Below the pieces are notes generated by a model. The model made no database searches. It was given only the letters and a program-made list of their open reading frames with translations, and was not told where the DNA came from. From assembly GCA_038851035.1 (NCBI GenBank), contig JAWCLH010000025.1, positions 198-32,197 of the forward strand: DNA of 32,000 nucleotides, written 5' to 3'. How positions within the stretch are numbered: the stretch's first letter is position 1; each line of letters opens with the position of its first letter. Shown one piece after another: positions 1 through 6,653 of the stretch. The stretch is from Thermoplasmata archaeon (GTDB lineage: Archaea > Thermoplasmatota > DTKX01 > VGTL01). A program made the position numbers and the translations under genes.

Positions 1-217
1 CAATAGGATAATCGTCAGGGCGGTGGACGCGGCCGGGAACGCCAACGAGACGACAATCACGGTCGAGAGAGTCGCGGTGAGGGACGGCGGGGGCGTCGCG
101 GCGCCCGGCCCCGACTGGCCCTTCGTGGCGTTCATCATCGCCTCCGTCTCCTTCGTGACGCTCGAGGCCCTCGTCTCCTGCCGGTGGCTGCGGAGGAGGG
201 GAGCCAAGGGGAGGTAG
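1..217 (+). CDS. 3' end of a cell-surface protein (partial, runs off the left edge); C-terminal transmembrane anchor plus basic tail
   Basis: The frame is open from nt 2 (..RIIVRAVDAAGNANETTITVERV..), with TAG at 215-217. The hydrophobic segment WPFVAFIIASVSFVTLEALV followed by RWLRRRGAKGR is typical of a C-terminal membrane anchor. Confidence 0.55.
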   Translation, partial: NRIIVRAVDAAGNANETTITVERVAVRDGGGVAAPGPDWPFVAFIIASVSFVTLEALVSCRWLRRRGAKGR

Positions 218-758
218 GACCGCCGGGCTGGTTCAGGCCCGCCGCGATTCCGGCGACAGCGGGGGTGAGGGAGCGCGGGTCCGTGGCTAGGGAAGCGGCT
301 GCGGGAGGCGGGAGGGGCGGAGTGGAGCGGCGGAATGGGAACTCGTAGGGCTACGGTGGGGCGAAAGCTTCACGGACGGCTGCACGCCGGCAACGCCCCA
401 TGCCGCTCGGGTCCGCCCTCACCGGAGTGTGGAGACCTGCGGCATTTCCGGTATCGACTAGCTCAGCCCGAGCTCCGTTGTGTCGATATTCTGGGCTCCG
501 TCGCGGGCCTCGATAAGGAATTCGTTCGTCCCATTCTCCCGAACTATAGAGGACCCGGATATTCCGCCCGCGCCGCCGACCCACCCACCATTGAGGTCAC
601 GAGCTCACACAGCCGCCCCGGACCCCGAGCTCGAAGCGCGTTGGCCTCGGGCGATTTCACTTGGTCCTTGCGGCGCCACTGTCCCTCACCGGCATCCCCG
701 CCCCGAGCTATCGTCCGTCCACCACCGACGGAAGGTTCGCGTCGACGCGGCCGCTTGA

Positions 759-766
759 TTTAATAC
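759..766 (+). promoter_or_regulatory. TATA-box-like element (TTTAATAC) for the 790 gene
   Basis: This is the only A/T-rich octamer in a GC-rich spacer. It is centred about 27 nt upstream of ATG 790, so a leaderless mRNA is predicted. Confidence 0.5.
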
Positions 767-789
767 TGCAGACGCCATTACTTTTTACG

Positions 790-2166
790 ATGGCTCAGGA
801 CTACGATGTCTCCATCGTCGGCGCCGGGCCCGCCGGGCTCTTCGCGGCGCGCGAGCTCGCCGGAAGGAAGAGGGTTGTGGTCGTTGACGAGGGCCGCGGG
901 ATTCCGGAGCGTTCCTGCCCGATGGAGGCCTTCGCCCTCTGCAGGCACTGCCAGCCCTGTGGAATTCTCTGCGGAGTGGGCGGCGCCGGCACTTTCTCCG
1001 ATGGAATTCTGAACCTAAGGCCCGACGTCGGCGGGGACCTCCAGGCCCTGACGGGGAGCGGCGACGCAGCCTGGGCTTTAGTGGCGGAGGTGGACAGGGC
1101 CTTCGTTGGCTACGGGGCGCCGGCGCAGCTCATCGACCCCCCAAGGTTCGAGGTCGAGGCGCTCGAGCGCAGGGCCGCGTCGGTCGGGGCGCGCTTCATC
1201 GAGATTCGCCAGAGGCACATCGGGACCGACAGGGCGCCCGCGGTGATGGGGGCTTTCGAGCGGGAGCTGAGGTCGAAAGGCGTGGACTTCATGCTCAGGA
1301 CGCGCGTCACGGATCTCATCGTCGAGGGCGGGAGATGCGCGGGCGTCAGGACGGACGCGGGCGAAATAAGGGCCAGCGCGGTTTTGGCCGCGCCCGGCAG
1401 GGTGGGCGCGGGCTGGCTGCGCGAGATGGTCGGCAGATACGGAATCAGGGCCCACCACGGCCCCCTCGACCTCGGCGTCAGGGTCGAAGTTCCGGCGGTC
1501 ACGATGGACCCCGTGACGAAGATCAACCGGGATCCCAAGTTTCACATAAGAACGAAGAGCTACGACGACTTCGTCAGGACCTTCTGCTGCAACGACAGGG
1601 GCTATGTGGTGAAGGAGGACCACGGCGACTTCGTCGCCACGAACGGCCACTCGCGCACCGACAAAAGCTCCGAGAACACGAACTTCGCCTTCCTCGTCCA
1701 GATATCCCTGACGGAGCCCGTGCAGGACACGACCGAGTACGGCCGTTACATCGCCCGGATGGCGACCAACATCGGGGGTGGGAAGCCTATCCTTCAGAGG
1801 ATGGGTGACCTCCGGAGGGGGAGGCGCTCGACGGCGGATAGGATAAGGCGCTCCCGAGTTCCCCCGACCCTGACCGATGTGACGCCTGGGGACATCTCGA
1901 TGGCTCTGCCACACCGCGTCGTCGTGGACATTATCGAGGGCCTCGAGATTCTCGACAAAATCATCCCGGGCGTGGCGGCCGACTCCACCCTCCTCTACGC
2001 CCCCGAGGTCAAGTTCTACGGGATGAGAATCGAGGTCGGGAGGGACATGCAGACCTCACTACCCGGCCTCTACGCCGCGGGCGACGGCGCGGGTCTCTCG
2101 AGGGACATCGTGAAGGCCGCCGCCACAGGAATTCTGGCGGCGAGGGGAATTCTCGGGGAGCCCTGA
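790..2166 (+). CDS. FAD-dependent oxidoreductase (COG2509-like uncharacterised FAD dehydrogenase)
   Basis: N-terminal dinucleotide-binding motif DVSIVGAGPAGLFAAREL, Cys cluster CPMEAFALCRHCQPCGILCG, and C-terminal YAAGDGAG motif. I moved the start from track position 661 to ATG 790 (MAQDYDV..), directly downstream of the TATA box. Confidence 0.8.
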   Translation: MAQDYDVSIVGAGPAGLFAARELAGRKRVVVVDEGRGIPERSCPMEAFALCRHCQPCGILCGVGGAGTFSDGILNLRPDVGGDLQALTGSGDAAWALVAEVDRAFVGYGAPAQLIDPPRFEVEALERRAASVGARFIEIRQRHIGTDRAPAVMGAFERELRSKGVDFMLRTRVTDLIVEGGRCAGVRTDAGEIRASAVLAAPGRVGAGWLREMVGRYGIRAHHGPLDLGVRVEVPAVTMDPVTKINRDPKFHIRTKSYDDFVRTFCCNDRGYVVKEDHGDFVATNGHSRTDKSSENTNFAFLVQISLTEPVQDTTEYGRYIARMATNIGGGKPILQRMGDLRRGRRSTADRIRRSRVPPTLTDVTPGDISMALPHRVVVDIIEGLEILDKIIPGVAADSTLLYAPEVKFYGMRIEVGRDMQTSLPGLYAAGDGAGLSRDIVKAAATGILAARGILGEP

Positions 2167-2254
2167 GCGGGCGCGCCGGTCCCCCCACTGCCGCCCGGGC
2201 GCGGCCGCGCCGGCGCCGGTGGACCGGCCCGCTCGATGCGCCGCGTCCCGGAGG

Positions 2255-2266
2255 ATACTTTTTTAC
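2255..2266 (+). promoter_or_regulatory. TATA-box-like element (ATACTTTTTTAC) for the 2289 gene
   Basis: An A/T-rich island centred about 28 nt upstream of ATG 2289. Confidence 0.45.
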
Positions 2267-2288
2267 CGGAGACGCCGATGCCAGTCCG

Positions 2289-3326
2289 ATGGCGTGGGGC
2301 TCGAGGGTGGCCGAGTACCTGAAGCTCGCGCGATCCTTCAACCTGGCCCTGACGGCGGTGGCGCCCGTGTTCGGGGCGCTGGCGATGGGGGAGCGCTCGC
2401 TCCTGCCCCTCCTCCAGCTCTTCGTCGTCGGCGCGGGCGCGCACATCTACGGCTTCGTTCTGAACGACTACCTGGACATGAAAATCGATAGGCTCTCCGA
2501 GGACCTCAAGGAGAGGCCGCTCGTCAGCGGCTCCGTGAGCCCCGGCGCCGCGCTCGCGTTCGCGCTCTCCGGCCTCGGGCTGATGCTCGGCCTCGGCTGG
2601 GCGATGGTCGCCGGCTACCCGCGCGCATTCGTCGTCCTCCTCATCGCGGTCCTTCTGGCCACGATATACAACCTTATCAGCAAGCACCTACCCGGGATGG
2701 ACATATTCGTGGCCTCCGCCGTGTTCTTCCTGTGCGTCTTCGGGGCGGTGACGGTGGCGAGGGACATCCTCTACGTGAGCAGGCTCGCCTGGATTGTCTG
2801 CGGCCTCGGCGGGCTTCAGGTGCTCTTCATGAACGTCGTCGCCGGCGGCCTGAAGGACATAGACCACGACTCGAGGGGAGGGGCGAGGACGCTCGCGGTG
2901 GCGATGGGCTGCAGGGTCGTGGGCCGGGACAACAGGCTCGAGATTCCGGGCTTCTTCAGGGCCCTCGCCTACACAATCCAGCTCCTCTTCATCATCGCAC
3001 TCTTCTCGCCCTTCGTTCTGGGCCTCCTCCCGCGGGAGGGCTGGCCCCTGCCGGGGTGGTTCCTGCCCGTGCTCCTCGCCGTTCTGCTCGCGGGCTCGGC
3101 CGCCATGCTGGCGGTCTCAGGCCTCCTCCTCAACCAGAGGCGCTTCGTGCGGGACAGGATGAGAAGGCTCATAGGGACCCACTACATACTCAACTACATA
3201 CTCGTTCCCGTCATGCTCGTCGCGCTGGAACCGTGGATACTGGTGCTCTCGGTGGTCCCGCCGCTGGGCTTCGTGCTGTCCAATGCAGCCCTCTCGGGCG
3301 GGGCGATGAGGCCCGCGACGATGTGA
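2289..3326 (+). CDS. UbiA-family aromatic/isoprenoid prenyltransferase (polytopic membrane protein)
   Basis: First Asp-rich motif NDYLDMKIDR and second motif KDIDHD. There are multiple hydrophobic helices throughout. Confidence 0.85.
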   Translation: MAWGSRVAEYLKLARSFNLALTAVAPVFGALAMGERSLLPLLQLFVVGAGAHIYGFVLNDYLDMKIDRLSEDLKERPLVSGSVSPGAALAFALSGLGLMLGLGWAMVAGYPRAFVVLLIAVLLATIYNLISKHLPGMDIFVASAVFFLCVFGAVTVARDILYVSRLAWIVCGLGGLQVLFMNVVAGGLKDIDHDSRGGARTLAVAMGCRVVGRDNRLEIPGFFRALAYTIQLLFIIALFSPFVLGLLPREGWPLPGWFLPVLLAVLLAGSAAMLAVSGLLLNQRRFVRDRMRRLIGTHYILNYILVPVMLVALEPWILVLSVVPPLGFVLSNAALSGGAMRPATM

Positions 3327-3565
3327 GACGCGGCGGCGGGCTCCCGACCGGCCCGGGGAGATGGGCCCGCGCGGGCGGGTGCTCCCGCGGCGCGGCAGAG
3401 GGGAGGGACAGCCGGCGCCGGGCGGCGTGAGCGGGCGCGGGAGAGCGGGGATGGACGGCGGGGGAGCGAGGGAATAGAGGGGAGCTGCGGGTGATGGCGG
3501 CAGGGAATTCCGTGGGGCGCGCGCGCGGTGAAGAGGCTGGAGATGGAGCCACCCGGGCCCGGGCG

Positions 3566-4906
3566 ATGAGGCTCATCCTCCTTTTTGGAGTCGTGAGCCT
3601 TCTCGGGGACATTGTCTACGAGGGAGCGAGGGGCGTGACGGGCCCGTTCCTGCTCCTGCTCGGGGCGGGCGCGGGGCTCGTCGGCATCGTCGCGGGCTCG
3701 GCGGAGCTGCTGGGCTACGGCCTGAGGGTGGCCTCGGGCCTCGCCTCGGACAGGAGGGGCGCGCGCTGGGCGCTGACGCTCGCCGGCTACGGACTCATCG
3801 GGGCCATTCCGCTGCTCGCGGTCGCGGGGGCGTGGCAGTCCGCGGCCCTCCTGATTCTCATGGAGAGGATCGGCAAGGCCCTGCGCAGCCCCGCGAGGGA
3901 CGCCCTGATGTCGGACGCGGCCCGTAGGGTCGGGACGGGCTGGGGCTTCGGCGTCCACGAGGCGCTCGACCAGCTCGGCGCGATTCTCGGGCCGCTCATT
4001 CTCGCGGGCTTTTTCATCCTCAGGGGAACGGCGGGAGGGGCCGGAGCGGCCGATGACTACAGGGCGGGACTGGCGGTGCTGGCCGTGCCCTACGCCCTCA
4101 TGATGGCCGTGCTGGTCGCAACATGGAGCTCCTCCGGAGGGGCGGGCCGCGGCGCTCCCCGGTCGCCCATCGGGGGAGCGGGGGAGGGAAATGGAGAGGC
4201 TGATGCCGGGGGAGATGGAGGTAGAAGGAGCGGTGGAGGTGGGGGAGGGAATAAGGGAGGGGATGGAGGTGCAGGAGGCGGAGCGGTCTGGGCGGGTCGG
4301 GCGGCTGAGGGGGCTGGAGCTCCGGGGAGCCTGCGAATCTTTCTGGGCTTCGTGTTCCTGAGCGCGCTGGGCCTCATGAGCTTCGCCCTCGTCGGCTACC
4401 ACCTGAGGGCCGGAGGAGTGACAGGGGACGCGGGGGTTCCGCTTGTCTACGCCCTCGCGATGCTCGTAGATGCTTTCGTCGCCCCGGTCATTGGAAGGGC
4501 CTACGACCGGCTCAAAGCCTGCGGGGGGGGCGCGGGCGCCGGCCTCAGAATTTTCCTCCCGCTTCCTCTAATGACCGCGGCCGTGCCCCTCCTCGCATTC
4601 GCGGGCGGGCTGGGGGGCGCCCTGGCGGGCGCGGCCCTCTGGGGCGCGGTGATGGGCGCTCACGAGACGGTGATGAGGGCGGCGGTCGCCGACATGGCTC
4701 CCCCGGAGAGAAAAGGGTCCGCCTTCGGCCTGTTCCATGGGCTCTATGGATTCGGCATGTTCGCCGGCTCCTCGGTGGCGGGTCTGCTCTACTCCCTGTC
4801 CCTCCCGCTCCTCTTCGTCTTCGTTCTCTCGGCGGCGGCCGCCTCCTTCCTCCCCCTCGCGGTGATTCTGCGGAGCGCCCAGAGGACGTCGAAGAAGTCG
4901 TCGTAG
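3566..4906 (+). CDS. MFS-type transporter with a Gly-rich low-complexity central loop
   Basis: About 12 hydrophobic helices in two halves, with MFS-like loop motifs (GLASDRRGAR; ERIGKALRSPARDA). ATG 3566 (MRLILLFGVVSLLGD) is preferred over the track start at 3491. No TATA is evident upstream, so it may be co-transcribed with the UbiA gene. Confidence 0.7.
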   Translation: MRLILLFGVVSLLGDIVYEGARGVTGPFLLLLGAGAGLVGIVAGSAELLGYGLRVASGLASDRRGARWALTLAGYGLIGAIPLLAVAGAWQSAALLILMERIGKALRSPARDALMSDAARRVGTGWGFGVHEALDQLGAILGPLILAGFFILRGTAGGAGAADDYRAGLAVLAVPYALMMAVLVATWSSSGGAGRGAPRSPIGGAGEGNGEADAGGDGGRRSGGGGGGNKGGDGGAGGGAVWAGRAAEGAGAPGSLRIFLGFVFLSALGLMSFALVGYHLRAGGVTGDAGVPLVYALAMLVDAFVAPVIGRAYDRLKACGGGAGAGLRIFLPLPLMTAAVPLLAFAGGLGGALAGAALWGAVMGAHETVMRAAVADMAPPERKGSAFGLFHGLYGFGMFAGSSVAGLLYSLSLPLLFVFVLSAAAASFLPLAVILRSAQRTSKKSS

Positions 4907-5595
4907 GGGACGCAGCCGATTCCGGAGGACCTGCAGTGCCTCAGGAGGTTTCCTCTGGCGAAGACGACGTCCGCGTGCTGCGCGGCGCAGCGGTCCGAGA
5001 TTCCGTCGCCGATGAAGACGGTCCGGAAGCCCCCTCTCCTGAAGGCCTCGATATGAGCTCTCTTGCAATTCCCGCAGAGGCCGCAAAGAGGGCTGGCGTG
5101 GGGGTGCTGGACTCGTATCCCGATTTTAGTGAAAACCGCGCGGTTCGCCATGAAGGGGACCCTCAGGCCCCTCTCGCGCAAAAAACTCCTGATGTAGAAG
5201 TCCAAGCCCTCGCTCACGATGACCACGGGAGCGCCCTCCGCGCGCGCCCACTCCAGCAGCTCCCCGAAGCCCGGCCTCAGGTGAATTCCACGGACGAACC
5301 TTCCGATTTCCCCTGGGGTCGCCCTGACCTGCGAGAACTCCCTCTCCATCGTCTCGCGCAGGGTGATGCGCCCCTCGCGCAGCGCCCGGTCTGCGGACCT
5401 CCAGCGCCCCCCGCTGAACCTCTCCAGGATGGATACAGAGACCTCCTCGACCGTGACGGTTCCATCGAAGTCGCAGAGAATGGCCAGGCGGGGCTGCCCT
5501 ATTCCCTGAGGACGGGACCGGCATGCAGGCCGGGGAGTTGCCCCTCTGGCGCGATTCTGCTCGCGCACCTGCCCGCGGGCCCGCTCCGTTTCCAT
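4789..5595 (-). CDS. HAD-superfamily phosphatase, MtnX-like (subfamily IB)
   Basis: Motif I ILCDFDGTVT, SEGLDFYI, the Cys cluster HPHASPLCGLCGNCK, motif IGDGISD, then VVFARGNLL..C....VPYDDFFDV. This order parallels B. subtilis MtnX. The start is uncertain: ATG 5595 has a G-rich stretch upstream, and the alternative is ATG 5658. The track start at 5982 overlaps the upstream gene and is rejected. Confidence 0.7.
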   Translation of the reverse strand: METERARGQVREQNRARGATPRPACRSRPQGIGQPRLAILCDFDGTVTVEEVSVSILERFSGGRWRSADRALREGRITLRETMEREFSQVRATPGEIGRFVRGIHLRPGFGELLEWARAEGAPVVIVSEGLDFYIRSFLRERGLRVPFMANRAVFTKIGIRVQHPHASPLCGLCGNCKRAHIEAFRRGGFRTVFIGDGISDRCAAQHADVVFARGNLLRHCRSSGIGCVPYDDFFDVLWALRRITARGRKEAAAAERTKTKRSGRDRE

Positions 5596-5684
5596 AACCC
5601 CCCCGTCCCATCGCACCCCGGCGATTTCCGTCGGCTGTTCAACATCTCTCAGCTCCATCCGGAGCTGGGCGAGACAGGGCCAGC

Positions 5685-6551
5685 CTAATCCTCCGTCCTC
5701 CGGGGCTCCCGGCCACGCTCCCCGCGAGACCTCCCTAGCCTCGGTATCGCCTCCGCGGGGAAGCACTTCTCCTCCGGCCCCCCGCCCTTCCCGCCGGGCC
5801 CCTCGGAGAAGAATGTACCATCCACAACAAGGACGCCCGGCGGGGCCTCGACGTCCGACACGAAGCCGAACCAGTAGACCACCATCCCGTTGCCGAAGAG
5901 CTTGACATAGGGGAGAAGCTGCTTCCTGAGGTTCCTCCTGAGCTCGACGACGTCGCCAAAGTTGGCCTTGGACTCTATCCACGAGACCCTCCTGCCCTTT
6001 ATGGTCACGGGCTTCATGAAGAGGACGTCGGGCGTCTTCGTGTAGCGGTCCCTGAGCTTCTTCAGGTCCTTCTCGGTCATGTACTTTATCCCCCGCCTAT
6101 CCAGCCACTCGAAGAGCCTCCTCTCCCCCTCCTGCCCCCTGAGCCTTTGGAGCTCCTCGCCTTTCGGGGAGTAGACCACGTCCTTCTCGAGGGCCGCGGC
6201 GAGCTCCCGCCTCATCCTCGGGTCGCAAGCGAGTTCGGGCTTGTGCACAAGGCTCCAGAACTGCTTCCGGGGCATGCCCTTGTGCAGAAAGAGGAGGTAG
6301 GCAAGGAGCACTGGCGGGAACCTGAGCCTCCGCGCGAGCTCGACCAGAGGGACGCCGCGATCGTACTGCTGGGCAATTCTCCCGATCTGATTCTTGATGA
6401 CGTAGAACCTGCTCGTTGCGTCCCTCGTGACGCGCTGGGTGTATATCACGAGCGCCAGCTCCTCAGGTATCCCGACCTCACGCGCCACCTTCTTTATGTC
6501 GTCAACATCATTCAGGCGGGCGGCGATCTGACGGTATTCGTCCTGGTTCAT
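5685..6551 (-). CDS. TPD-sequence-motif protein (CDIN1/C15orf41-like): N-terminal helix-turn-helix region plus PD-(D/E)xK nuclease domain
   Basis: RYTKTPDVLF...VSWIESKANFGD gives the D...ExK nuclease signature with the eponymous TPD motif. The helical N-terminal half is HTH-like. Confidence 0.65.
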   Translation of the reverse strand: MNQDEYRQIAARLNDVDDIKKVAREVGIPEELALVIYTQRVTRDATSRFYVIKNQIGRIAQQYDRGVPLVELARRLRFPPVLLAYLLFLHKGMPRKQFWSLVHKPELACDPRMRRELAAALEKDVVYSPKGEELQRLRGQEGERRLFEWLDRRGIKYMTEKDLKKLRDRYTKTPDVLFMKPVTIKGRRVSWIESKANFGDVVELRRNLRKQLLPYVKLFGNGMVVYWFGFVSDVEAPPGVLVVDGTFFSEGPGGKGGGPEEKCFPAEAIPRLGRSRGERGREPRRTED

Positions 6552-6653
6552 TGGACTCCCCGCTGCGCCCCCTATGGGGTTGTGTAACAGATACCTGCAA
6601 GGAGACCCAACTTATAATTTCTTCCGCCACGCCCGGCCCACTTTGTGATAAAT

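Noticed and set aside
452-500. tRNA-like TAGCTCAGC (459-467) resembling a D-arm.
   Set aside because: The D-loop would be only 5 nt. No anticodon stem, T-arm (GGTTCGAAT-like) or acceptor pairing can be drawn on either strand.
335-763. Track ORFs in the first intergenic region (335-763 plus strand, 351-584 minus strand, 480-758 plus strand).
   Set aside because: The translations are dominated by Arg/Pro/Ala/Ser with no hydrophobic core pattern or motif. The ORFs overlap one another, so the region is treated as non-coding.
3194-4402. A 402-aa minus-strand ORF and other long antisense ORFs (1078-1914 minus, 12810-14201 plus, 14658-15797 minus, 10447-11313 minus, 15709-16431 minus).
   Set aside because: All lie opposite genes with strong motif support and have Arg/Pro/Ala-biased, motif-free translations. 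They are GC-driven shadow ORFs.
4789-5982. Full 397-aa version of the HAD phosphatase ORF.
   Set aside because: The N-terminal ~129 residues overlap the 3' end of the TPD-nuclease gene in another frame and have an Arg/Gly-rich junk composition. The HAD motif I (DFDGT) lies about 40 residues after ATG 5595.
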